Of a stretch of 54,334 nucleotides of DNA, positions 8,867-17,849 are shown piece after piece (the first letter of the stretch is position 1; every line of letters starts with the position of its first letter). A model generated the notes under the pieces. That model worked only from the letters and a program-made list of their open reading frames with translations, did not search any database and was not told where the DNA came from. A program made the position numbers and the translations under genes. This DNA is from Lachnospiraceae bacterium (lineage in GTDB: Bacteria > Spirochaetota > Spirochaetia > Sphaerochaetales > Sphaerochaetaceae). The DNA is taken from NCBI GenBank assembly GCA_963610485.1, contig CAVDOI010000001.1, positions 1 to 54,334 on the forward strand. The letters are read 5' to 3'.

Positions 8867-9861
8867 GGGACGGTGTTCTCTATGTACTCCTGCCATGTCT
8901 TTATGTATTGCGTCGTCTCGGCGGTGTCCATGTAGTGCAGCGAGAGAGTACTTCCGTCATCCTCTTCAGAGAGAATCTCTACAGCTTTCCTGAACTCATC
9001 ATGTATGAATTTTATTACAGAAGACGGAGTATCCTGGGGAGCGGCGAGAGCACGTGCGGAGCCGAACACGAGGTCAATCCCGTATTCCTTCAGCGTGGGA
9101 ACATCCTCCCAGCCATTCATCCTCTCGTCGGTGAAGGAGCAGAGCAGTCTGAATCTGCCGTTCTTCACCTCGTCATAGACTTCACTTACCTTGACGGCGA
9201 TGGCATCGACATTCCCGTCCGAAAGTGCCCTGATCATGTCTGCAGAACCGCCGAAGGGGATGTGTGTCACGCTGATTCCCGCCTTGTCGGCAAGGGATGC
9301 CGCCGCTATGTGGTTGCTAGCCCCGTAGCCGTTGTTTCCGATCTTTACCGAATACGGCTTCTGTCTGCACTCCGAGAGAAAGTCCGGGAACGACGAAATG
9401 GGACTGTCCGAGCGTACGGCGATGACACTCGGGTCATATACGATATTTATTATGGGGGTTATTTCGTTCTCGCTGTAAGAGGTTTCCCTCTTTATTGGAA
9501 GAGTGATGATTGTCGGGATGTTGATGAAACCGAGCGTGTAGCCGTCCGGACTCGACTTTGCAAGCTGTGTGTATCCCAGCTCTCCGTCCGAGCCGCTGAC
9601 GTTCTTTATGATGATACTGACACCGATATCCTCTTCGACGATCGAAGCGATGCGCCTTGCTATCATATCGGTACCGCCACCGGCTTTATATGCCACTATG
9701 ATTGTGATGGGACGCGAAGGATACTTCTCTTCTCCCTCTGTAGTCTCGCCGTAACCCAGAACGGATTCGACTGCAACAGCCCCCGTTCTCTTTTTTGTGC
9801 ATGATGAAAAGAGCACCAGAAGAGAGAACAGAAGAATCAGTAAAGGCAGTTTCCGTTTCAT
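8851..9861 (-). CDS. tctC: tripartite tricarboxylate transporter substrate-binding protein (TctC/Bug family), lipoprotein
   Basis: The likely start is MKRKLPLLILLFSLLVLFSSC, with a lipobox Cys. The ITIIVAYKAGGGTDM motif is typical of the Bug/TctC family. No tctA or tctB lies nearby. Confidence 0.8.
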   Translation of the reverse strand: MKRKLPLLILLFSLLVLFSSCTKKRTGAVAVESVLGYGETTEGEEKYPSRPITIIVAYKAGGGTDMIARRIASIVEEDIGVSIIIKNVSGSDGELGYTQLAKSSPDGYTLGFINIPTIITLPIKRETSYSENEITPIINIVYDPSVIAVRSDSPISSFPDFLSECRQKPYSVKIGNNGYGASNHIAAASLADKAGISVTHIPFGGSADMIRALSDGNVDAIAVKVSEVYDEVKNGRFRLLCSFTDERMNGWEDVPTLKEYGIDLVFGSARALAAPQDTPSSVIKFIHDEFRKAVEILSEEDDGSTLSLHYMDTAETTQYIKTWQEYIENTVPYLPL

Positions 9862-9978
9862 TTCTTTTTCCTTTCTGCATGGTAGCATGCCCGTGTGGGT
9901 TAACAAGGGAAAACTGGTGCCATGTTTAAAAATCTGACTGATGTAAAAAATTCTAACTTATTGTACTGCAAAAAATAA

Positions 9979-10008
9979 TTGACGGCTCTGAAAAACGGCC
10001 CTTAGCAT
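9979..10008 (+). promoter_or_regulatory. putative sigma70-type promoter of the ABC importer operon
   Basis: TTGACG (9979-9984), an 18-nt spacer and TAGCAT (10003-10008) lie about 70 nt upstream of the SBP start, in an AT-rich divergent intergenic region. Confidence 0.35.
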
Positions 10009-10079
10009 ACGCTTGAATCCCGGGGCAATTGTGAATATTCAGAAACATGACTCGGGAAGACAAAAAAGGAGGAGACAGG

Positions 10080-11087
10080 ATGAAGAAAATCTTGGTCGTT
10101 TTACTGGTTTTATCAACAATTATGACTTTTCTCTTTGCAGGCGGTGCTCAAGAGGGAACAGGAAAGCAGAGTCTGATGATCTACACATCAATGAAGGAAA
10201 ACCTCATCAGCCCGATCGTTGAAGGTTTCAAGAAGCTCTATCCGGACATCGAGGTCGACTATTATTCTGCAGGAGCCGGAAAGCTCATGGCGAAGATCGC
10301 AACCGAGCGTCAGGCTGGTGCTGTTGCATGTGATGTTCTCTGGACAAGTGAAGTTCCCGATTTCATCAACCTCCGCAACGAAGGCGTCCTTCTCGCATAC
10401 AAGAGCCCCGAAAGGGAGAACGTCGTCTCCACAATCGATGATCCCGACGGATACTTCACGGCTGCACGTCTCGGAACACTCGGAATCTGCTACAACACTA
10501 CGAAGATAACGAATCCCCCGAAGACATGGGAAGATCTTCTCGATCCGATCTACAAGGACAACTTCTCGATTGCAAACCCGGCTCTCAGCGGAACATCGAT
10601 GGTTTCCGTCGCAATGATAGTCGAAACTCTCGGATGGGATTACATCGAGAAACTCGCTGCAAACGGTGCCAGAATGGGCCAGGGGTCGGGACAGGTCGTT
10701 GATGATACGGCAAGCGGCGACACATATGCTGCAATCGGCGTCGACTACATAACACTTGACAAGGTTGCAAAGGGTGCTAACCTCGGCTTCGTATATACAG
10801 ACAAGATGCTCGTCATCCCGTCACCGGTCGCTATCTTCAAGGACAGCAAGAACCAGGATGCAGCAAAGAAGTTCGTCGACTTCCTCCTCTCCAGGGAAGG
10901 TCAGAAGAACGTCGCAGAGAACTATACTCTCCCTGTAAGAAATGATGTTGAAGTCAGAACGGATTTCGGTCTTGTACATCCCGATGAGGCGAAGGCAAGG
11001 GCGATGACAGTCGATTACGAAGCTCTCAGCAGCCACAAGGAAGCATACATCGAGAAATTCACACAGATCATCCAGGGCAACAAATAA
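10080..11087 (+). CDS. ABC transporter substrate-binding protein (Fe3+/thiamine/polyamine-like family)
   Basis: ATG10080 is preceded by AGGAGGAG. A signal peptide (MKKILVVLLVLSTIMTFLFAGGAQE) is present. The gene is followed by ATPase, permease and ATPase genes. Confidence 0.85.
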   Translation: MKKILVVLLVLSTIMTFLFAGGAQEGTGKQSLMIYTSMKENLISPIVEGFKKLYPDIEVDYYSAGAGKLMAKIATERQAGAVACDVLWTSEVPDFINLRNEGVLLAYKSPERENVVSTIDDPDGYFTAARLGTLGICYNTTKITNPPKTWEDLLDPIYKDNFSIANPALSGTSMVSVAMIVETLGWDYIEKLAANGARMGQGSGQVVDDTASGDTYAAIGVDYITLDKVAKGANLGFVYTDKMLVIPSPVAIFKDSKNQDAAKKFVDFLLSREGQKNVAENYTLPVRNDVEVRTDFGLVHPDEAKARAMTVDYEALSSHKEAYIEKFTQIIQGNK

Positions 11088-11103
11088 GTAATGCCCGTGA
11101 GCC

Positions 11104-11128
11104 GAGGAAGCCTTGACGGGGCTTCCTC
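11104..11128 (+). terminator. intra-operon hairpin (partial terminator or mRNA stabiliser) after the SBP gene
   Basis: GAGGAAGCC-TTGACGG-GGCTTCCTC forms a 9-bp GC-rich stem, followed by TTATCTTTAT. It sits between the SBP stop and the ATPase GTG start. Confidence 0.4.
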
Positions 11129-11152
11129 TTATCTTTATCAGAGGAGACGAAT

Positions 11153-12253
11153 GTGTCAGATATAATCTTCAAGAACGTTTCCAAGTCTTTCGAGAAGAAG
11201 CAGGTTCTTAATAATCTCAGCTTCGAGATCAGGGACGGGGAATGCTTTACTATTCTGGGTCCTTCCGGCTGCGGTAAGACAGTCATACTGCGTCTTATCG
11301 CAGGCTTCGAGGTCCCGGATGAAGGTCAGATAATAATCGGAGGCGAAGTTGTCGCCGATCCGAAGGCGGGCATATGCAAGGCTCCCGAGGAACGCAATCT
11401 CGGAGTCGTATTCCAGGACTATGCCGTCTGGCCCCACAAGACAGTAAGACAGAATGTTACTTACCCCCTCGAAATGCACAGGGTTGAAAAGGCGGAGAGA
11501 CTCGAAAGAGCACAGAAGGCCATCGACATGGTCAACCTCCACGGCTATGAGGACAGGCTGCCGAACCAGCTTTCGGGCGGTCAGCAGCAGAGAGTCGCAC
11601 TTGCGAGAGCACTTGTCGCAGACAGTGACATACTCCTTCTCGACGAGCCTCTTACCAATCTCGATGCAAACCTGAGAGAGGAGATGAGATTTGAAATAAA
11701 GGCGATCCAGAAGAAGACGGGACGTACCATCCTGTACGTAACGCATGACCAGGAGGTTGCACTTGCGATAAGCGACAGAATCGCAATCATGGATCCTTCA
11801 GGCTCATTCTGCCAGATTGCGGACCCCGAGACGGTTTATGAAAAACCAGTCAATCTCTTTGCCTTCAGGTTCCTCGGCGTCGCAAACTGTCTGCGCTGTC
11901 ACACCCGGGACGGAAAGACGGTACTTGAAGACGGAACAGAGTTCATTCCGCTCGACGAAGAGCACAGTGCTGTCGATGAAGGCAGTACCTACATCGCAGG
12001 ATTCAGACCGATGGATGTCGAACTGAGCCGTGACGGTGAAGGGTTCGAATGCACAGTCGACAGATGTACTCTCCTGGGGTCAATCGTTGACTACCGTATC
12101 TCTCTCGGCGGGGAATCGTTCCGTGTCGAGACCCAGATAGAGGAGGCGGTCAACAGAAACATCATCTTCAAGACAGGAGAGAAGTGCCGCGCTCAATTCG
12201 TCGACCTGCACTGGTTCTCTGATGACCATTCATTCGAGGAGGTCTTCGTATGA
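11153..12253 (+). CDS. ABC transporter ATP-binding protein (PotA/FbpC-like, C-terminal TOBE-like domain)
   Basis: GTG start. Walker A GPSGCGKTV, signature LSGGQQQRVALARAL and Walker B LLLDEPLTNLD are all present. Confidence 0.9.
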   Translation: MSDIIFKNVSKSFEKKQVLNNLSFEIRDGECFTILGPSGCGKTVILRLIAGFEVPDEGQIIIGGEVVADPKAGICKAPEERNLGVVFQDYAVWPHKTVRQNVTYPLEMHRVEKAERLERAQKAIDMVNLHGYEDRLPNQLSGGQQQRVALARALVADSDILLLDEPLTNLDANLREEMRFEIKAIQKKTGRTILYVTHDQEVALAISDRIAIMDPSGSFCQIADPETVYEKPVNLFAFRFLGVANCLRCHTRDGKTVLEDGTEFIPLDEEHSAVDEGSTYIAGFRPMDVELSRDGEGFECTVDRCTLLGSIVDYRISLGGESFRVETQIEEAVNRNIIFKTGEKCRAQFVDLHWFSDDHSFEEVFV

Positions 12254-13956
12254 GCAGAAATAAAGTCAAAAAGAAATTCGGAGTCGCAGAGATCGTACTC
12301 ATCTTTTCGATTCTCGTTCTTGTTGTTGTCGTAGCCGTTCCCGTCATCATGATCTTCCTGACGGCATTCTTCAAGGACGGCCACTTCAACCTCAACGGAG
12401 TCATCGAGGTTCTCAAGCAGAAGGATACATATCTTGCGCTGAAGAACTCCCTGATCATCGCCGTAGGAGTCACATTCTTCTCGACGATAATCGGCGTCTT
12501 CTTTGCATGGCTCATCGCACGTACCGATATTCCCTGCAAGAAGCTCCTCAACTCGATGTTCCTCGTTCCGTTCATGCTGCCGTCATTCATCTGCGCAATG
12601 GCATGGAAGGTACTGCTTTCTCCGAGGGCGGGATACATAAACAAGCTCTTCATGTCGGTATTCGGCCTGAGCAAGGCTCCGATAGACATCATGAGCATGG
12701 GCGGTATCATAGCAATCGAGACGATGTACCTCTTCCCGTTCGTCTTCCTGCAGGTTTCGGGAGCTCTCGAACGCATGGATCCGACACTCGAAGAGAGTGC
12801 AAGAATAAGCGGAGCATCGCTCTTCACGATTACGAGAAAGATAACGCTTCCTCTCGTAATGCCGTCGATTGTAGCCGGTGCGCTTCTCGTTTGTCTCTAT
12901 TCGCTTGCACACTTCGGTGTTCCGTCAATCCTCGGGACGGAGAAGGGTATATATAATATACCGACGAAGATATACGAGCGCATATATGCTTCGGGAGGTT
13001 CCTATGAAGCCATCAGGGTCGGTACGATTCTTGCGACGATTCTTGTCATCTGTGCAACCCTCATCCTGAAGGCCCAGAACCTCGTATTGAAGAAAGGACG
13101 CTTCCAGATCATCGCGGGAAAGAGCATGAGACCGGTTGTCCTCAAACTCAGGGGACTCAGATGGCCGCTCTTCATTATCTGTATCCTCTATCTTCTGATA
13201 ACCGTCGTCATGCCGACTGTCACGATATTCCTCATCGGAGGATTGAAGACGTACGGACTGCCGTTCATCCCGAAGAACATGACACTAGACAACTATGTGG
13301 AGATCTTCAAGATGAAGCTGACGCGCTCGGCAATCTGGAACTCGATATATCTCTCGACGCTCACCGCATTCGTGACGATGCTCGCCGGCGTCATGATAAG
13401 CTATGTCATCGTCAAGATGAAGGTGAAGGGAAAGTTCATCCTGGAATTCCTCGGTGTTCTTCCTTACTCCCTCCCCGGTACGGTCATCGCACTCGGTTGT
13501 ATCCTGACCTGGTCCGGAAGATTCGGCATCAACCTGTACAATACGGCGGGAATCATATTCGTTGCATATATCGCCAGGTACATGGCGTTCTCGATCAAAT
13601 CGAATTCGGCGGCCCTTGAACAGGTGTCAGATTCCCTTGAGGAAGCGTCCAGAAGCTGCGGTGCAACGCACTGGCAGACGCTGACGAACATCGTCGTACC
13701 CCTCATCCGACCGGGTATGATAAACGCATTCTTCCTCATATTCCTTCCGGCACTGAGAGAACTCACGACCTCGGTTCTCCTCTACGGTCCGACGACGAGG
13801 ACGATAGGTGTCGCCATCTATGCCCTCAATGAAGACGGAGAGACCGTCAGAGCCGCGGCACTTGCCGGTATCGCCCTCATAATAATCTTTGTCGGAGAGA
13901 CACTGATCAAGAGCGTACTGTCCAGACTCGACAGATACAAAAGGAGTGAAGCATGA
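12250..13956 (+). CDS. ABC transporter permease, fused two-module (FbpB/ThiP-like)
   Basis: The 568-aa ORF has about 12 hydrophobic segments and two EAA-type loops (EESARISGAS and EEASRSCGAT). It overlaps both flanking ATPase genes by 4 nt. Confidence 0.9.
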   Translation: MSRNKVKKKFGVAEIVLIFSILVLVVVVAVPVIMIFLTAFFKDGHFNLNGVIEVLKQKDTYLALKNSLIIAVGVTFFSTIIGVFFAWLIARTDIPCKKLLNSMFLVPFMLPSFICAMAWKVLLSPRAGYINKLFMSVFGLSKAPIDIMSMGGIIAIETMYLFPFVFLQVSGALERMDPTLEESARISGASLFTITRKITLPLVMPSIVAGALLVCLYSLAHFGVPSILGTEKGIYNIPTKIYERIYASGGSYEAIRVGTILATILVICATLILKAQNLVLKKGRFQIIAGKSMRPVVLKLRGLRWPLFIICILYLLITVVMPTVTIFLIGGLKTYGLPFIPKNMTLDNYVEIFKMKLTRSAIWNSIYLSTLTAFVTMLAGVMISYVIVKMKVKGKFILEFLGVLPYSLPGTVIALGCILTWSGRFGINLYNTAGIIFVAYIARYMAFSIKSNSAALEQVSDSLEEASRSCGATHWQTLTNIVVPLIRPGMINAFFLIFLPALRELTTSVLLYGPTTRTIGVAIYALNEDGETVRAAALAGIALIIIFVGETLIKSVLSRLDRYKRSEA

Positions 13957-15029
13957 GCGCAATTGAACTTATCAACGTAAGCAAGGTGTTCGGTTCCGTC
14001 AGGGCCGTCGACAAGCTCAATCTCACTGTCGAGCAGGGGGAGTGCTTCTCCTTCCTCGGTCCGTCCGGCTGCGGCAAGACGACGACGCTGAGAATGATCG
14101 CGGGATTTGAAAACCTCGATGAAGGGGAGCTCTATTCCGACGGGCGTCTTTTCTCCTCGTCTTACAAACACTTCTATCTCCCGCCGGAGAAGAGGGATTT
14201 CGGGATGGTCTTCCAGGCTTTCGCTGTATGGCCTCACATGAGCGTCTACGACAACGTTGCATTCCCTCTCAAGATAAAGAAGCTTCCGAAGGACGAAATA
14301 AGGTCACGTACCGAGATGGCGCTCAAGGCGACAAGCCTTGTCAGAGAGGCGGATCTCTTCCCTCAGACGCTTTCGGGCGGGCAGCAGCAGAGAATCGCAC
14401 TTGCACGTGCCGTCGCCATCAATCCCAAGGTCATGCTCCTCGACGAGCCTCTCTCCAATCTTGACCCGCATCTCAGGGAGGAGATGAGATTCGAGATAAA
14501 GGAACTCCAGACGAGATTCGGTTTTACAGTCATCTACGTAACCCACGACCAGGCGGAGGCCATGGCCCTCAGTGACAGGATGCTCGTCATGAAGGAGGGG
14601 GTTGTGCAGCAGATCGGCGGTCCTCTCGATATCTACAACAAGCCGGAGAACAAGTTCGTCTTCTCGTTCATCGGGCTCTCGGACTTCATCCCCGTCGTGA
14701 TCAGAAACGGAAACGTCTATGTCGAAGGGGGAGAGGAGTGCGGACCGGTCAACACCGTAATACCTCCGGATCTCGATCCCGGAGTCGATTACGACATAGC
14801 ATGCCGTCCCAGCGAGATCGATTTCGCAACAAGCGGCGTCAGGGCGAGAGTCATCAGACGCACCTACCTCGGAGACATCGTCGACTATCTCCTTGAAATC
14901 GGTAATGTACACATAAGAGTGCAGAAGCCGAGACGTCACACCACTGCCAGAGTCGGAGAAACCTGCTATATCAGATTCAACAGACTGCTGTGGTACGACC
15001 GCAGGGAGGAGACGGCGTCGAAGACCTGA
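13953..15029 (+). CDS. ABC transporter ATP-binding protein (second, distinct NBD)
   Basis: Walker A GPSGCGKTTT, signature LSGGQQQRIALARAV and Walker B MLLDEPLSNLD are present, with a C-terminal regulatory-type domain. Confidence 0.9.
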   Translation: MSAIELINVSKVFGSVRAVDKLNLTVEQGECFSFLGPSGCGKTTTLRMIAGFENLDEGELYSDGRLFSSSYKHFYLPPEKRDFGMVFQAFAVWPHMSVYDNVAFPLKIKKLPKDEIRSRTEMALKATSLVREADLFPQTLSGGQQQRIALARAVAINPKVMLLDEPLSNLDPHLREEMRFEIKELQTRFGFTVIYVTHDQAEAMALSDRMLVMKEGVVQQIGGPLDIYNKPENKFVFSFIGLSDFIPVVIRNGNVYVEGGEECGPVNTVIPPDLDPGVDYDIACRPSEIDFATSGVRARVIRRTYLGDIVDYLLEIGNVHIRVQKPRRHTTARVGETCYIRFNRLLWYDRREETASKT

Positions 15030-15050
15030 TTGTGTCCATACATTATGAAG

Positions 15051-15078
15051 AGTCTCCCGGTTTCAACGCCGGGAGACT
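15051..15078. terminator. bidirectional hairpin between convergent operons
   Basis: AGTCTCCCGG-TTTCAACG-CCGGGAGACT forms a 10-bp stem, located between the ABC ATPase stop (15029) and the pncB stop (15110). Confidence 0.55.
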
Positions 15079-15109
15079 TCTGTAATGACTGCTGCTGACT
15101 GCAGAATTG

Positions 15110-16552
15110 TTATTCCTGCATCTTCGCTTCAAGAACGAGTTCGGCCTTGAGGTCCTTGAGCTTTCCTGTGAGGGATACCTTGTAGATGTGGGGGTTGATC
15201 TGCCTCTTGTATGACTTGTCGAAGCGTGAAAGATCCTCCGTGACCCTTTTCTGGAGTTCCTTCAGCGTCGCCTCCTTCTTCACTCTCCTGCCGTTTTCCA
15301 TCTGCTTCACGAGAAGGGGCTTGATCGATGCATAGTTGTTCTTCCTCATGATGAACATGTCTCCGGTGGAGAAGGGGTGGAAGAATATGTGGTTGATGCC
15401 GCTCTCGATCTGCTCGTCCGTCAGGGCGATGAGATCTGCCAGTGCCTGACCGTTCCTGTCGTAGAAGCGGTAGACCTGCTTTATGCCGGGATTCGTGGTC
15501 TTTTCGTATGAAGATGATATCTTCAAAGTAGGAACGAAGACGCCGTTCTCCTCCTTCGCCGAGAGCTTGTAGACTCCGCCGAGAGCCGCCTGCGTTCCGC
15601 CTGTGACGAGGTGTGTCCCGATTCCCCAGCTGTCGATGGGGGCGCCGTCGTTGACGAGGTTGAGGATAATCTCCTCCGTCACGTCGTTCGATATGCATAT
15701 CGTGGCATCCTCGAGTCCGGCTTCGTCGAGCTTGACCCTGACGGCCTTCGTGAGGTAGCTGAGGTCTCCGCTGTCGATTCTGACTCCGATTCTGAGTCCC
15801 TTCTCCTTCTGCTCGAGACCGACCTTTATGGCCGCCTCGATTCCCGAGCCGAGCGTGTCATATGTGTCGATGAGAAGAATGCAGTTGTCGGGATATATAT
15901 CGGCAAAGCGTCTGAATGCGTCGTATTCGTTGTCGAAGAGCATGACCCATGAATGTGCCATCGTGCCGGCAACGGGAATGCCGTAAACCTTTCCTGCATA
16001 CGTGTTGCTTGTGACGGAGCAGCCTCCGATGAAGCATGCCCTCGCGGCACTGAGTGCGCCGTCGAGCCCCTGTGCTCTTCTGAGCCCGAACTCCATTATC
16101 GAGCCTCTGCCCTGGGTTGCGACCTTCATCCTCGCAGCCTTTGTGGCTATGAGAGTCTGGAAGTTTATCGTATTGAGAAGGAATGACTCGATGAGCTGGG
16201 CGTCCATCATCGTCGTCTCGACTCTGATGAGAGGCTCTCCGGGGAAGGCCACCGTCCCCTCGTCGAATGCATAGAGGTCACCCGAGAAGGAGTAGGATGA
16301 AAGGTAGTCGATGAACGAGGAATCGAACTTCCCCAGCGACCTCAGGTATTCGATGTCACTATCGGAGAAGCGGAAGTTCTCGAGTTCGTCTATGAGACTC
16401 TCGAGTCCCGTAAAGACCGTGTAGCCCCCGCGGTAGGGGTTGTTGCGGTAGAACATGTCGAAGACGACACGGGGATTCTTCTTCTGGAGGAAGAACCCCT
16501 GCATCATCGTCAGCTCGTAGAAGTCTGTATTAAGTGCGCTGATTCTGTTCAT
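15110..16552 (-). CDS. pncB: nicotinate phosphoribosyltransferase
   Basis: 480 aa, with the N-terminus NTDFYELTMMQGFF typical of NAPRTase. Confidence 0.9.
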   Translation of the reverse strand: MNRISALNTDFYELTMMQGFFLQKKNPRVVFDMFYRNNPYRGGYTVFTGLESLIDELENFRFSDSDIEYLRSLGKFDSSFIDYLSSYSFSGDLYAFDEGTVAFPGEPLIRVETTMMDAQLIESFLLNTINFQTLIATKAARMKVATQGRGSIMEFGLRRAQGLDGALSAARACFIGGCSVTSNTYAGKVYGIPVAGTMAHSWVMLFDNEYDAFRRFADIYPDNCILLIDTYDTLGSGIEAAIKVGLEQKEKGLRIGVRIDSGDLSYLTKAVRVKLDEAGLEDATICISNDVTEEIILNLVNDGAPIDSWGIGTHLVTGGTQAALGGVYKLSAKEENGVFVPTLKISSSYEKTTNPGIKQVYRFYDRNGQALADLIALTDEQIESGINHIFFHPFSTGDMFIMRKNNYASIKPLLVKQMENGRRVKKEATLKELQKRVTEDLSRFDKSYKRQINPHIYKVSLTGKLKDLKAELVLEAKMQE

Positions 16553-16557
16553 GTCGC

Positions 16558-17832
16558 TTATTTCGTAATCCTGTCGAAGCCCGTGTACGGTACAAGAGAG
16601 GGCGGAATGGTGATCGAGCCGTCTTCGTTCTGGTAGTTCTCGATGACTGCGACCATAGCCCTGCTGAGAGCGACCGCCGTGCCGTTGAGCATGTGGACGA
16701 ACCTCACCTTGCCGTCATCGTCACGGTAGCGGATGTTGAGGGAGCGTGCCTGGTAATCGGTGCAGTTGGAGGTGCTTGTGACTTCGCCGTATTCGCCGCT
16801 CTCACCGCGTCCCGGCATCCATGCTTCGATGTCGAACTTGCGGTATGCAGGAGCTCCGAGGTCGCCGGTAGCTGTATCGACGATTCTGTATGCCAGTCCC
16901 AGTCCCGAGAAGATCTCCTCCTCAATCGAGAGAATTTCCTGATGGAATGCATCAGATTCTTCGGGAAGACAGTAGATGAACATCTCCAGCTTCGAGAACT
17001 GATGGACTCTGTAGAGACCCTTGGAGTACTGTCCTGCGCCTCCGGCTTCTCTTCTGAAGCAGTGGCTGAGACCCGTCATTCTGATCGGGAGGTCCGACTT
17101 GTCGAGGATTGTATCCTTGTAGTAGCCGCCGAGCGTGATCTCCGCTGTGCCGACGAGGCATGTGTCGGTGCCCTCGATTGTATAGATGTTGGATTCTGCG
17201 CCGCGGGGATTGAAGCCGATGCCGTTGAGAATCTCCTCCTTGGCAACGTCGGGTGTTATGAAGGGCGTGAAGCCGTGTCTGACGACGATGTCCATCGCAT
17301 ATCTTTCGAGAGCCATCTGGAGTATGACGGCCTTGTTCTTGATGTAGTAGAACTTCTGTCCTGCAACCTTTGCTCCCTTGTCGAAGTCGAGGATGTCGAG
17401 CTCTTCACCGAGCTGGACATGGTCCTTCGCCTTGAACGGGAAAACGGGAGGTTCCCCGACGAACTTCACTGCGAGGCTGTCCTTGTCCTCCTTTCCGACC
17501 GGTGCAAGAGGGGAGGCGTAGTTCGGGATTGTCCTTGCCTCCGCCATGAACTTTTCGTCGAGGACTGCGAGCTCCGCTTCCTTTGATGCAAGCTCGTCCT
17601 TGATGGCCTTGCCTTCCGCGATGTACTTCGCTCTTGTCTCGTTGTCGAGCTTTCCCTTCATCTTCTGGGCTGTCTCGTTACGTCTCGAACGGAGGTTTTC
17701 AACCTCCAGGAGGAGGGCAAGACGCTCGTCCTGATCCCTGATAATCGCATCAAGATCGACATTCATGTACCTGTCGGCGATGTTCTTCTTGATTTCGTCT
17801 CTTCTTGTTTTCAATTCCTTGATATCTATCAT
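16558..17832 (-). CDS. serS: serine--tRNA ligase
   Basis: The start is at MIDIKELKTRRDEIKKNI. The protein has a coiled-coil N-terminus and class II motifs (GLSHCFRREAGGAG, GTAVALSRAMVAVIENYQ). Confidence 0.95.
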   Translation of the reverse strand: MIDIKELKTRRDEIKKNIADRYMNVDLDAIIRDQDERLALLLEVENLRSRRNETAQKMKGKLDNETRAKYIAEGKAIKDELASKEAELAVLDEKFMAEARTIPNYASPLAPVGKEDKDSLAVKFVGEPPVFPFKAKDHVQLGEELDILDFDKGAKVAGQKFYYIKNKAVILQMALERYAMDIVVRHGFTPFITPDVAKEEILNGIGFNPRGAESNIYTIEGTDTCLVGTAEITLGGYYKDTILDKSDLPIRMTGLSHCFRREAGGAGQYSKGLYRVHQFSKLEMFIYCLPEESDAFHQEILSIEEEIFSGLGLAYRIVDTATGDLGAPAYRKFDIEAWMPGRGESGEYGEVTSTSNCTDYQARSLNIRYRDDDGKVRFVHMLNGTAVALSRAMVAVIENYQNEDGSITIPPSLVPYTGFDRITK

Positions 17833-17849
17833 ACTTCCTCCTGTCCCGG

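Noticed and set aside
8908-9804. A 298-aa ORF on the plus strand, fully inside and antisense to tctC.
   Set aside because: It is the mirror frame of a well-supported gene. The product is Arg/Cys/Val-rich with no motifs and no RBS. This is typical stop-poor antisense reading of GAG/CTC/GAA/TTC-rich coding sequence.
16693-17586. A 297-aa ORF antisense to serS. Similar antisense ORFs occur at 1420-2160, 11156-11746, 14304-14939, 24749-25300 and 43094-43846.
   Set aside because: The explanation is the same: codon bias leaves the antisense frame stop-free. The sense-strand genes all carry diagnostic motifs.
17833-17849. T-box or riboswitch leaders upstream of serS, cysS, valS, thrA and the ABC importer.
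   Set aside because: The leaders are far too short for serS (17 nt), valS (about 75 nt after a terminator) and thrA (86 nt). The cysS leader is also short, about 90 nt (39921-40006). The importer leader showed no TPP-like or other conserved riboswitch cores that I could recognise.
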